Part shown: piece by piece, positions 26,945 to 39,487 of the stretch
How the letters are laid out: every line of letters begins with the position of its first letter
Position numbering within the stretch: the first letter of the stretch is position 1
Assembly: GCA_964016885.1 (NCBI GenBank)
Contig: OZ024761.1
Location: forward strand, 6,944,001-7,008,000
Direction of reading: 5' to 3'
DNA: 64,000 nucleotides
Origin: Eledone cirrhosa
Lineage: Eukaryota
Translations under genes and position numbers: made by a program
Notes under the pieces: model-generated
Databases searched by the model: none
Seen by the model: the letters and a program-made list of their open reading frames with translations, nothing else
Told to the model about the DNA's origin: nothing

Positions 26945-29160
26945 TGTGGCTGCATGTATGCTTATGGACATGTGTGCAGGTGCATGTATGCTTATGGACG
27001 TGTGTGTAGGTGCATGTATGCTTATGGACATGTGTGCAGGTGCATGTATGTTTATGGACGTGTTTGCAGGTGCATGTATGTGTGTGGACATGTTTGCAGG
27101 TGCATGTATGCTTATGGACGTGTGTGGAGGTGCATGTATGCTTATGAACGTGTGTGTAGGTGCATGTATGCTTAAGGACATGTGTGTAGGTGCATGTATG
27201 CTTATGGACATGTGTGCAGGTGCATGTATGTTTATGGACGTGTTTGCAGGTGCATGTATGCTTATGGGTGTGTGTGCAGGTGCATGTATGCTTATGGACG
27301 TGTTTCCAGGTGCATGTATGCTTATGGATGTGTGTGCAGGTGCATATATGCTTATGGACGTGTGTGCAGGTGCATGTATGTGTGTGCAGGTGCATATATG
27401 CTTATGGACGTGTGTACAGGTGCATGTAAGCTTATGGACGTGTGTGCAGGTGCATGTATGCATATGGACATGTGTGCAGGTGCATGTATGCATATGGACA
27501 TCTGTGCAGGTGGATGTATGCTTATGGACGTGTGCAGGTGCATGTATGTTTATGTACATGTGTGCAGGTGCATGTATGCTTATGGACGTCTGTGCATGTA
27601 AGTTTATGGGCATATGTGCAAGTGCATATATGTTTATGGACGTTTGCTGGTGCATGTATGTGTGTGGACATGTTTGCAGGTGCATGTATGCTTATGGACG
27701 TGTGTGTAGGTGCATGTATACTTATGGACATGTGTGCAGGTGCATGTATGCGTATGGACATGTGTGCAGCTGCATGTAAGGTTATGGACATGTGTGCAGG
27801 TGCATGTATGTGTGTGGACATGTGTGGAGGTGCATGTATGCTTATGGATGTGGAGGTGCATGTATGCTTATGAATGTGTGGAGGTGCATGTATGCTTGTG
27901 GAGGTGCATGTATGCTTATGGACATAGGTGCATGTATGTGTGTAGACATGTGTGCAGGTGCATTTATGCTTATGGACGTGTGTAGGTGCATATATGCTTA
28001 TGGACGTGTGTGCAGGTGCATGTAAGCTTATGGAGGTGTGTGCAGGTGCATGTATGCTTATGGACATGTGTGCCGGTGCATGTAAGTTTATGGGCATGTG
28101 CAGGTGCGTGTATGTTTATGGACGTGTTTGCTGGTGCATGTATGTGTGCAGGTGCATGTATGCGTGCAGGTGCATGTATGCTTATGGACGTGTGTAGGTG
28201 CATATATGCTTATGGACGTGTGTGCAGGTGCATATATGCTTATGGACATGTGGAGATGCATGTATGCTTATGGACGTGTGGAGGTGCATGTATGCTTATG
28301 GACGTGTGGAGGTGCATGTATGCGTGAAGGTGCATGTATGTGTGGACATATGTGTAGGTGCATGTATGCTTATGGACGTGTGTGCAGGTGCATGTATGCT
28401 TAAGGACGTGTGTAGGTGCATGTATGTTTATGGGTGTGTGTGCAGGTGCATGCATGTTTATGGACGTGTTTGCAGGTGCATGTATGTGTGTGGACGTGTG
28501 CAGGTGAATGTATGCTTATGGACATGTGTGCAGGTGCATGTATGCTTATGGGCGTGTGTGCAGGTGCATGTATGCTTATGGACGTGTGTGCAGGTGCATA
28601 TATGCTTATGGACGTGTGTGCAGGTGCATGTATGCTTATGGACGTGTGTGCAGGTGCATGTATGCTTATGGACGTGTGTGCAGGTGCATGTATGCTTATG
28701 GACGTGTGTGCAGGTGCATGTATGCTTATGGATGTGTGTGCAGGTGCATATATGCTTATGGACGTGTGTACAGGTGCATGTAAGCTTATGGATGTGTGTG
28801 CAGGTGCATATATGCTTATGGACGTGTGTGCAGGTGCATGTATGCGTATGGACATGTGTGCAGGTGCATGTAAGCTTATGGAGTGTGTGCAGGTGCATGT
28901 ATGCTTATGGACATGTGTGCAGGTGCATGTATGCTTATGGACATGTGTGCAGGTGCATGTATGCTTATGGGCGTGTGTGCAGATGCAAGTATGTTTATGG
29001 ATGTGTTTGCAGGTGCATATATGCTTATGGACGTGTGTGCAGGTGCATGTATGCTTATGGATGTGTGCAGGTGCATGTTTGCTTATGGACATGTGCAGGT
29101 GCATATATACTTATGGACGTGTGTGCGGGTGCATCTATGCTTATGGACGTGTGTGTGAGT
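26945..29160. repeat. 30-bp minisatellite gtgtgcaggtgcatgtatgcttatggacgt
   Basis: Direct tandem periodicity. Confidence 0.97.
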
Positions 29161-29351
29161 ATCTGAGTATTCATTGATGTGTACGTGTGTGTGAGTGTAC
29201 ATCATATATATTTATGGATGTATATAGATAATGTGTGTACATCATGTATTTTCATGCGTGTATATATACATGTACATGCGTGCCTATGTATATATGAATT
29301 TGTAAACAAGTATATCCAACATCTGTCTTCCTAACTATACACACCAATATA

Positions 29352-29965
29352 TCATCATCATCATCGTTTAACATCCATCTTCCACGCTTGCATGGGTTTG
29401 GACGGGAGTTTTTCCACTTGAGGCACGATTAGTTGTCTTGCTCGTATAGGACTGTCTGGCGGGTTTTCTACAGCTGGATGCCCTTCCTAACACCAACCAC
29501 ATTTACAGTGTGGACTGGGAGGTTTTTACCGTGTTACCTACATGGCCACATTACAGCGTGGATTGTGTGTTTTTTTGTCGTGACACCTACACGACCTCAT
29601 TTGTTTCGGGCTGGATGTTGTGGTACCAACATAACTTTACATTGAAAGGGGTGGTGTGGATGGGGTGGGGGTAGTGGGACGTGGGTGTATTTTGTTAGAG
29701 GTGCCTACTGACTGTAGTAGGTTTTACTTTGTACTTAGGCAAGGCGGGTCTTCTGTATTACTGTGTAGCACCAAAGATCTCGGTCCGGTGACATTGTCTT
29801 GGTGAGGTGTAAGTGTGTGAGGTCGGAATTTATCAGGTCGTCCCAGGTTTTTCTGGGTCTGCCTACTCCGTGGCTACCGTCTATTTTTATTGCCCTGCAC
29901 TTTTTTATACAGCTGTAGTCTTTCATGCGCATCACGTGACCGTACCAACGTAGTCTTCTCTCGAG
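29352..29965 (-). mobile_element. RTE LINE 3' fragment
   Basis: RLRWYGHVMRMKDYSCIKKCRAIKIDG..GVGRPRKTW, with UTR and (tga)n tail. Confidence 0.88.
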
Positions 29966-30010
29966 TAAAAAACATCTGATCCCTCTTATTTCTAATTTTT
30001 CCCTTAGTTC

Positions 30011-30056
<46 letters not shown>

Positions 30057-30058
<2 letters not shown>

Positions 30059-32110
30059 GAGCCCGGTTGCACTCGGGGCTACTTTTTATTAAGTTAATAA
30101 GTTGAGGGGCGACATGAAGAGAGTGGTTTGACAGAGAGACGTTGGGTAGAGTAGGGTGTGCAAAAACGTTATTGCAGGGCTTCTTTGTAGACAACGTTCT
30201 TGGTGTTGCCCGGGTTACCACAAATGAAGAGATTGTGTGGACTGCCGACGCGGGAGCCTCCGACGTATAGTTGACCATGGGAAAATACCTGCTGCGTTAG
30301 ATTTAGGCCAACCACTTCCAGCCTTTGTCCTTGTCTTTTGTTAATGCTCATTGCAAAGCAGTTTTATGGGAAACTGCCATCGCGTAAATTCATAGGGGAC
30401 GTCAGAGGGACTAAGGCTCATAGGGGTAATTAACCTGGTCACGCCAGCAGCGGGTCCGCTCAAAATGGTTGTGTCCAGAATTTGGGTCCTTATTTTTTTA
30501 ATGATTAGACGTGTTGCGTTGCATAGTTCTGGTGCATCCAGGTTTCTCCGCAGCACAACTGGCACACCAACCTTCAGTTTCAGATCACAAGGAGGAAGTC
30601 CTGGAGGTAGTTGACTGTTGAGGAATTCAATTGGGTGGATGACGGCGTCGTCCGCGTTTTTATTGGTGTCAATCGACTTGAAGGAGACTTCATTTCCGGG
30701 AATCTGATCGAGTAGTTTTTGGTTCATCACGTCAACAGTGGCATTGTGTGGTGCCAAAATAGCTCTCCCTGTCATCCAGGTGTGATCATGGAATCCTGAT
30801 TCAAGATCTGGAAATACAGATGACATTAATTCGTCAATGTTTGACACAAAGTTCCCAAAAGGCAAACGGATATGTTCTTCATCCACTCCAGGTGTAGTTC
30901 CATTACCAACTTCCAGTAGATGTTTTGAGAAATCGATGGAGTCTGCGTCACCATGCACATGCACTCTCATGTTGGTAGTCAGATGTAGTTTGTGGACATA
31001 CTGCCATACGTAGGACGACTTGATACATGCGTTCACTTCTTCAGCTCTAGTCTCTCTAGTGATAACAGGAAGAGTCTGTCAGAAATCGCCAGCCAGCAGT
31101 ACTGTCGTTCCACCCATGATGCGTGAGTTCCGACGCAAGTCCTTGAGAGTTCGATCCAGAGCCTCAAAGGCAGCCTCGTGACTCATGGTAGCCTCGTCCC
31201 ATATGATCAGGCAGCACTCAGAAAGAAGATGTGCATTAGGGGCGCCACGATCTATTCTACATGTAGGATTCTCCTTCTTTGCAATGTCCAAAGGCAATTT
31301 GAATGCAGAGTGTGCCATACGACCGCCATGTAGCAGTGTCGCCGCAATACCACTAGAGGCGACCCCTAAAGCAATCCGCTTGTCTTTTCGTAGCTTCGCA
31401 AGCAAAAGGTTGATGAGAAAAGTTTTTCCTGTTCCGCCAGGAGCATCCAGGAAAAATAGCCATCCCTCATTTGAATTGACACTGGAGAGAATTCTGTCAT
31501 ATGCCCGTCTCTGGTCATGCAAAAGTCTGGGTTCGTCCTGAGCTACCTGATGTGTCATATCGTCGATGTTGTAATTTAACTCGCGCATGAACTCCACATC
31601 TAAAGCACTGTGAGTGTTTCGAGGTTGTGGCAAACCGAAATCAGATACACCGCCAACTCCAAGAGCTTTCAGATGGTTGTCCATGTCGATGAGGGCCTCA
31701 TTGTACACCGCGTCGTTGAAAGCAAAGCCAGCCGCTGGATCTTCTGCTTGTAGTCCTTATGCGTTTCCCAAAGCTTAAGGGGCTCACCTATGCCACAGAA
31801 CAATAGCATTATACAAAACAGACGTCTCATTTCTCGAGGCATCTTACATTCAGCAGCCTCTGTCAACACCACATTCAGGTGGGCATCATCCTCGAGTAGC
31901 CCATGCTTCATGCATGTCTCCCTGTAACTGGAACAAATGTGGCCATTGAAAAGTTGAAAAATTAATGTCATTGTTTACGTATAATGAATTGAAAATGCTT
32001 CACGAAATGGATATAAAAGTATTTTCGGTTAAATAATATAGGGAGGTGTGTAGGATACATACATACATACATACATACATACACACACGACGCTCAGCTT
32101 ATATAAGTAT
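30057..32110 (-). mobile_element. Decayed, internally deleted Helitron
   Basis: Pif1-type helicase remnants, a subterminal hairpin gccccgagtgcaaccgggc near 30060-30080, and a Helitron-like 5' region (atacttatataa...(gtat)n) near 32110. Confidence 0.85.
30169..31950 (-). pseudogene. Helitron RepHel Pif1-like helicase domain, disrupted
   Basis: FFLDAPGGTGKTF, ASSGIAATLL.GGR.AHS.FKLP, IIWDEATM, LAGDF*QTLPV (premature TGA), RAILAP.N, LKLKVG.PV...RNL, FPI then a frameshift to MSINK.QGQ, VFSHGQLYV..SRV. Another frameshift near 31710. Confidence 0.92.
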
Positions 32111-32570
32111 CGTGTGTGTGTGGTATGCGAGCGACGACAGATCAAAGATATATAACACGTTACTGAAAGTAAACTAAAGTTTGATGGTCTCTCTCTGAAT
32201 ATCTAACACTTTAATTGTATCTCTCTCTGTCTAACGGCCTATCTCTCTCTGCAGTGTTGTCATTTAGGGAGTGAAGAGCGACAGTGAGAGTAAAGCAGTT
32301 CAATTATAGAGAGAGGGAATGATCTATTATAAAGAGAGGGAAGAGCGACGGAGAGAGTAAAGCTAAGAAACTATAGAGAGGTAAAATCGATAGAAAAATA
32401 CCGTTTTGGGGCCCTAGAGACCACATTTTTCAATTTAGTGAACCCCAAGTAGACCTGTCGCTGCCAAGGGACCTTTTACATTGTGTAAATTTCCATGACA
32501 ATCAGAGCATTGGTACTACCCTTTTGCCTGTATCAGACAATTTTCGCCCATTTCACATTTATATAATAGA
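32111..32570 (-). mobile_element. Second non-autonomous Helitron-like 5' segment
   Basis: Reverse strand begins TCTATTATATAAATGTGAAATGGG at 32570. Confidence 0.45.
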
Positions 32571-32614
32571 TATATATATATCACTAAAGGTATATATATA
32601 TTAGTATATGCACA

Positions 32615-32672
<58 letters not shown>

Positions 32673-32698
32673 TAAAGTTATATATTAGTATATACACA

Positions 32699-32742
<44 letters not shown>

Positions 32743-33177
32743 GAGAAGAAAGAAGAATACTGCGTGGTTTGCACATGGGTTACATATGATAAAAATAGTC
32801 CTTCGTCAGTGATTTTCCAACCATCATTGGTATTTCATCGCATTAAAAATCAGATACCTCAGGTTGGTGCAAGCAATAACTAAAAAAAGTTATTGGGACC
32901 AGAATTCACGTAAGGCGAGGGGGGACAAGTAAACAACATAGAAGGATAAAAGTAAACCGAAGATAGGAAAATAAACAAGCAACATGGTTGTCCGGTCAGC
33001 ATAAGCTGGGTGGATTTCATGAGCGAGAGAGGTACAGACCGTGTTGATGTGTGTGAGATGTGAGCAAGAAGAGACCCACACTAGCCAAACAGGAGGAAGT
33101 GAGAAGGGGAGAAACAGAGAGAGAGTGAGTGGAAGTGTGAGGAAGAGGTCAGTCGAGAGAAAGTGTAACTGACAGAT

Positions 33178-34800
33178 ATAGCAAAATAATTGATGAAAGA
33201 GTTACAAGCCGTTAAAACATATCTTTATAAAGCTCTTACACGCGTTTCACCCAATGGAGCTCATCTGAGGAAGATATTGCAAGCAAAGTTTTTAATTACA
33301 GACCCTAAAAGGGTTAAATGAAAGTTTTACATCACCTTGCATAGTAAATTTAAATGTTTTAAAGTGTAAACACGGTGGAAAGGGGTGGTTTGCTAAGGGA
33401 GGTAATTACCGGTGCAAGTATAAAGTTTACTATGTAAGTTATGACCAGTACCAGCTATGGAAAACATTTTTTTTTAATTTAAAAGGAATTAACATATGCA
33501 GGGTTGGTCAACTCAGTATAAATGAAGCCGTGTTAAGGTGTGAATCATCATCATCATCATTGTACGTCCGCTTTTCCCTGCTTGCAAGGGTGGGACGGGA
33601 ACTGATTCTGGCTTGATTTCTACAGCTGGATGCCCTTCCTAACACCAACCTCATTTACAGTGAGTGCTGGGTGCTTTTTTGCCGTGGCACCTCCACGACC
33701 ACTTTGCAGTGGAATGATAGGGACCCCAGTCCCTATCATCTAATTTCTACAGCTGAGTAAACTGGAGCAATGTGAAATAAAGTGTCTTGCTCAAGGAAAC
33801 AACACATCACCCGGTCTGAGAATTGAACTCACAACCTTTCGATTGCAAAGCCAATGCTCTAACCACTAAGCCATGTGCCTCCATTATGAAAGACTATTGG
33901 TAAAGTCGTTAAAGACTACCAACAGGTATACCTAATTCATGGGGGCATGTTGGGGGCGAATAAAGCCAATTTGGATCAAGGTTGTACGTTCATATGATCA
34001 ATTGTCTAAGAAGCGATTCAAGTTTAAGCAAGGTTCGTAAGATTACGTAAAGCCAGTCTAGCCGAGAGGAAGAATATAGCGGGGTAGGGCTGACTCGATA
34101 TATGCTGTGCAACTTCCTAGTGGGAAAACAGTGGGTGGATGATGGTGTTATTCCACATTGTTTAATGGTAAATCAACCACTGGTAAGTGAGGCCAGGGTG
34201 CGGTGTAGAGAGCATCAGGTGTTATAGTGGTTATTCCATCTTTAACGACTTTACCAAAGGTCTTTCATATTCACACCTTAACACGGCTTCATTTATACTG
34301 AGTTGACCAACCCTGCATATGTTAATTCCTTTTAAATTAAAAAAAAATGTTTTCCATAGCTGGTACTGGTCATAACTTACATAGTAAACTTTATACTTGC
34401 ACCGGTAATTACCTCCCTTAGCAAACCACCCCTTTCCACCGTGTTTACACTTTAAAACATTTAAATTTACTATGCAAGGTGATGTAAAACTTTCATTTAA
34501 CCCTTTTAGGGTCTGTAATTAAAAACTTTGCTTGCAATATCTTCCTCAGATGAGCTCCATTGGGTGAAACGCGTGTAAGAGCTTTATAAAGATATGTTTT
34601 AACGGCTTGTAACTCTTTCATCAATTATTTTGCTATTCACCGCTCTGCTCAAACTTACACTAAATATTAACCTTCTCTAATATTTAACCCTGTTAACCCA
34701 AGCATCGAGCACTTACACATCCACTTTTGGCATGTAATACTCTGTATCGCACCTTTTTATACCTCTTCTTTCTATCCTCTTTTACGATACTGTAACCTAT
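33178..34800. mobile_element. Fold-back HHR-like element: ~365-bp near-perfect inverted arms 33178-33545 and 34269-34636, with a SINE2 inserted in the left arm
   Basis: Arms are reverse complements by eye, including the T9/A9 run. HHR-like motif CAGATGA-gctc(catt)gggt-GAAAC-GCGT-GTA at 34541-34581 (+) and 33233-33273 (-). Confidence 0.8.
33544..33882 (-). mobile_element. SINE family 2, full length
   Basis: Reverse complement of the family consensus. Confidence 0.9.
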
Positions 34801-34802
34801 TA

Positions 34803-34842
<40 letters not shown>

Positions 34843-34869
34843 TAAAGGTATTTATTAGTATATACACAT

Positions 34870-35460
34870 CAATATATATATATACATCACTAAAAGTATA
34901 TATTAGTATATACACACCAATGTTATCATCATCATCGTTTAACGTCCATCTTCCACGCTAGCATGGATTTAGACGGGAATTGTCCCACTTGAGGCAAGAT
35001 TGGTTGTCTTGCTCATATAGGACTGTCTGGTGGGTTTTCTACGGCTGGATGCCCTTCCTAACACCAACCACGTTTACAGTGTGGACTGGGAGGTTTTTAC
35101 CGTGTTACCTACATATATATATATACATCACTAAAGGTATATATTAGTATATACACACCAATATATGTATACATCACTAAAAGTATGTATTAGTATATAC
35201 ACACCAATGTTATCATCATCATCGTTTAACGTCCATCTTCCACGCTAGCATGGATTTAGACGGGAATTGTCCCACTTGAGGCAAGATTGGTTGTCTTGCT
35301 CATATAGGACTGTCTGGTGGGTTTTCTACGGCTGGATGCCCTTCCTAACACCAACCACGTTTACAGTGTGGACTGGGAGGTTTTTACCGTGTTACCTACA
35401 TATATATATATACATCACTAAAGGTATATATTAGTATATACACACCAATATATATATACA
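34870..35460. repeat. Tandem duplication, ~287-bp period, containing an RTE 3' tail
   Basis: tgttatcatcatcatcgtttaacgtcc.. at 34921 and 35208. Confidence 0.85.
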
Positions 35461-35902
35461 TGAGTAAGGGTGTAGAAGAGTGGTATATTAGGCATTAGAC
35501 GCAGGCTTTATTGTCCAACAAGATGAAGTTTGCAGGTTATTGAAGTATTGGTTACTTTCCGATGGTTTGTCAGTGAATCTAGAGCTGCTTCTTCATCTTG
35601 CTCTTCGAGGCCAGAGTCATCTTAAGCCAATGATCCCAAAGTCCCAGGCATGGGACCGTATGCTTATTTAAAAACACTTTGAAGGCCTTTTGCTAATGTT
35701 AATAAACCTACAGTATATTATTAAACATACAATACATACATTCATATAGACATCGCTATTTCAGAACACTAACACAAATTTCTAATTGTTACTGGGCCAG
35801 CAACTGCTCTGTATGTTAATGACTTTAAACAGGTCATAAACATAATTGGAATTCTATAAGAATCCAGCTTCAACAGCTCACAGCAAAAATAAAGGATATA
35901 AT

Positions 35903-36241
35903 GGAGGCACATGGCTTAGTGGTTAGAGCATTGGCCTTGCAATCGAAAGGTTGCGAGTTCAATTCTCAGACCGGGTGATGTGTTGTTTCCTTGATCAAGA
36001 CACTTTATTTCACATTGCTCCAGTTTACTCAGCTGTTGAAATAAGGTGATAGGGACTGGGGTCCCTATCATTCCACTGCAAAGTGGTCGTGGAGGTGTCA
36101 TGGCAAAAAAGCACCCAGCACTCACTGTAAATGAGGTTGGTGTTAGGAAGGGCATCCAGCTGTAGAAATCAAGCCAGAATCAGTTCCCGTCCCACCCTTG
36201 CAAGCAGGGAAAAGTGGACGTAAAATAATGATGATGATGAT
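35903..36241 (+). mobile_element. SINE family 2, full length
   Basis: Matches the family consensus. Confidence 0.9.
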
Positions 36242-36665
36242 ATAACCATTAAAAGTGAGAAACAATCATCGGTTATTTCCCTTTGTTTTTGGTGAAGTTA
36301 GGTAAGTGACTTTAGTCACTGCCTTAAATTCATAGCAAAAGCACTTGAAAATGTTTTAAATAAGCATACAGTATATTATTAAATATACAATACATACATT
36401 CATATATACATGCTATTTCAGAGCACCAACATATATATATATATATATAAAAAAAATTTTTTTTAATTTGAATGTGGCAAAGCTGGCCATTTATCGTTTG
36501 TATACAGGAAACTGACTGGCCAGTCTGTTGATAAGCAAATCTGGCTGATCAGTGGATCTACTAATATACAGAGCTGACTGATCAGCCAGTCTGCTAATAT
36601 GCAAATCAGGCCAATCAGTCACTGTGTATTTTTGAAAATAGTATATATTTTCACTCGCTCTGACA

Positions 36666-36747
36666 GTTGGCAGGTGAACAGTGAGTTGTACTGATGAAGG
36701 GTGATACCCAGAAACATTAGTGTCTGAAGTTCTGTTCACATGCCAAC
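36666..36747 (+). ncRNA. Type I hammerhead motif with extended stem I
   Basis: gttggca-g-gtgaacag-tgagttgta-CTGATGA-a-gggt(gat)accc-a-GAA-ACA(ttag)TGT-C-tgaagtt-ctgttcac-a-tgccaac. Perfect core, GUC triplet, distal stem I of 8+7 bp. Confidence 0.78.
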
Positions 36748-37124
36748 ATAAGAGAAAGAATGAAGGGTTCATTCTACTGACATGGCTTAAAAAATAAGGC
36801 TTGTTCGCATAATTGCAAACGAATCGAATGTTATTATTAATATTCGAAAAACTCAGATTACATTTATTATATATATATATATATATATTTATTTATATTT
36901 GTTGGTTCACCACTGGATAGAACTGGTCATTCTGTGTCGTCAACCTTGATGTAATATTATGGAAAGCACTCAACATAATGCAACTCACCCGTCTTCGTTT
37001 GTGTTGTTGGTGGTACGAGTATGGAGTTAATTATTACAAAATAACAGGAGGCTGGACTGGTGTAAATCCTTGAAAGGTTTATTATACTATGATCATTTCA
37101 ATGACCGGGTTCAGTATGAATCCA

Positions 37125-37487
37125 GTCGGACGCCATGCTTTCCAGCATAGTTACGTCCCTTTACGATCTGAGTTCAAATCCCGCCAAGGTTGACTTTGCC
37201 TTTCATCCTTACGGCGTCGATAAAATAAAGTACCAGTAATGCACTGGGTAATTGCTGGCCTTGTGCCTAAATTAGAAATAATTATTTTTTAAAACTAGAG
37301 CGGGGGATTGGCAGTATCGGTAGAGTCGGACACCATGCTTTGAAGCTTAGAGTTACGTCCCTTTACGATCTGAGTTCAAATCCCGCCAAGGTTGACTTTG
37401 CCTTTCATCCTTACGGGGTCGATAAAATAAAGTACCAGTAATGTACTGGGTAATTGCTGGCCTTGTGCCTAAAGTAGAAACATTTAT
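37125..37487 (+). mobile_element. Two tandem SINE family 1 copies
   Basis: Consensus matches at 37125-37285 and 37300-37487. Confidence 0.85.
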
Positions 37488-37621
37488 CAGGCAATTCAAA
37501 ATATAACGAAGGAATATAACAGATAAAAGTCCATGGTGTTTAAATCGGAGACAGGCGGGCAGCCGGCAATGTAGCAGCTTCTATATCCGTCGGCTGCCCT
37601 CAAGTATATATATACATACAT

Positions 37622-37912
37622 ACAGTTGTCCCCAGGTATTTGCAGGGGTTACATTCCCAGTGCACTTGCGAATATTGAATGTGGTCCATCAAAATGTCTA
37701 TAAACATCAAAACATGTAAAATATAGACCAGCAATACAGTATATTGTTATTAATAATCTAGCATTAAAAAACGTGAATAATATATATATTGCCATGAAAA
37801 GAGCCATAAAAGGGTCAGAAGATATTTATGATTCCACGAATATGTGGTGGTTTCAACGAACAATTATTAGTTAGGTTCTAAGGAAAATTCCTTGAATGGC
37901 AGGGGTATACTG
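37622..37912. mobile_element. pogo/Tigger-like (Tc1/mariner) MITE
   Basis: TA-cagttgtccccaggtatttgcagggg ... ccttgaatggcaggggtatactg-TA: degenerate terminal inverted repeats with TA duplication. Confidence 0.55.
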
Positions 37913-38036
37913 TATATATGTGTGTGTATATACTCAGAAAAATAAAAGCAAAACACAAATATAGTGAGATAATGTTGTATAGTTGCCTGTTTAGTAGATA
38001 TGTTTTATTAACCCGTATTATTTCCTATAATTCTAG

Positions 38037-38112
38037 ACTGTGAGTGGACACCATCAACAATCTGTGGTCATCTGCAATTAATATTTGCATTATTACAGTT
38101 TAGTAAACAAAG
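38037..38112 (+). CDS. USP48: USP48-like coding exon 5
   Basis: ttctag|AC TGT..: (N)CEWTPSTICGHLQLIFALLQFSKQ(R)|gtcagt. Resembles USP48 EPQTICEHLQYLFALLQNS. Confidence 0.94.
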
Positions 38113-38560
38113 GTCAGTTACAAAGGTCAACTCAATGACCTTGACATTTCTTCAGTTTTTTATCATCATAATCATCATTATGATATTTGTATTTTGTGTT
38201 CATAATTTGGCATTAATGATATACTGGCTGGATGCCCTTCCTATCACCAGCACCACTTTACAGTATTGACTGGGTGCTTTTATTCATGCCACCAGCACTA
38301 GAGAGGTTGTCTTACTGGCATCAGGGGCCCTCTCCACCCCATAGTTTGCCATGGTTTTTAATAGCTGAATGCCACTTTCACTACCTCCATTTTACAGCAT
38401 GGACTGGGTGCTTTTATTCATGCCATCAGCACTAGGGAAGTCGTCTTACTGTTAGGGGGTTTCTCCACACCACACCAATTTATTTGGAGTGGTTTCTCTC
38501 CTAGTTGGGTTGCCTACACTTTGGCTTACAGAGCCACCCTCCGCCCCATACGTATCATTA

Positions 38561-38741
38561 TCTATATATAAATTTGAGCGACATCCACCCATCTGTCATA
38601 CAATGTGTGTGTGTGTGTGTGTAAAAAGAAGGAAGGGGATGGTGAAAAAACTATAGCAAAACTGGCTGGCGTTCCATTTGCTACGCTGTGTGTTTGTATA
38701 TGCATACACATACGCATCAGCGTGTTGAAAAAAAATCCTAG
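38561..38741 (+). mobile_element. Mini-Helitron
   Basis: A|TCTATATATAAA ... subterminal hairpin acgctg...cagcgt ... CTAG|T. Confidence 0.55.
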
Positions 38742-39227
38742 TTATATAAACGACGGTGGATGGGCAGTAATTGGTTGAGCGTTGGACAATATGCTTTGCA
38801 GCATACAGTTATGGCCCTTTATGTTCTGAGTTCAAATCCTGCTGGGATTGATAAAAGAAAGTGCCAGTAACATACTGGGTTCGATTTAATTCACTTTCCC
38901 CTCCCCCTAAAATTGTTGACCTTGTGCCTAAAGTAGAAACAATTATTATTACTAGCAGAAAAACCACCCTTAGGGTGGTTTTCTGCTAGTATATGTAGTG
39001 TGCATGTTGATATTAGATGCAAATATATATTCATGTAGATATGATACGTCAAATAAAACCCTAATTAACAATATGTACACAAATTGAAGAGAGACTGTGT
39101 TACACTGTCTTCTGTAATCAGTAAAGTAATCCATGATATATTTAAAAAAAGACGATATTATATATAAACTGCATTACGGTGAAATGTAATGAAAACGAAA
39201 AAGGAGAAAATTAGTGACATTTTTTTC

Positions 39228-39487
39228 ATTTTCATTTCATTTTACGTCCACTATTCCCTGCTTGCAAGGGTGGGACGGGAACTGATGCTGGCTTGATTTC
39301 TACAGCTGGATGCCCTTCCTAGCACCAACCTCATTTACAGTGAGTGCTGGGTGCTTTTTTTACCGTGGCACCTCCACGACCACTTTATAGTGGAATGATA
39401 TGGACTCCAGTCCCTATCATCTCATTTCTACAGCTGAGTAAACTGGAGCAATGTGAAATAAAGTGTCTTGCTCAAGGAAACAACACA
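39228..39487 (-). mobile_element. SINE family 2, 5'-truncated
   Basis: Reverse complement of the consensus lacking the tRNA head. Confidence 0.85.

Noticed and set aside
31079-31081. In-frame TGA in Helitron helicase GDF*Q as a recoding site
   Set aside because: Position is normally Arg (likely CGA to TGA CpG decay), and the ORF also has frameshifts.
32790-32870. Minus-strand HHR-like remnants (CTGAGGT..GAAA; CTGACGA..)
   Set aside because: Core or cleavage triplet broken; too degenerate to call.
37075-37125. Minus-strand GAAA-TGATCA-TA HHR remnant
   Set aside because: CUGANGA and the 5' side of stem II are missing.
37556-37600. GC-rich hairpin gggcagccggc...gtcggctgccc as terminator or miRNA
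   Set aside because: Short, eukaryotic intronic context, no supporting features; probably a TE subterminal hairpin.
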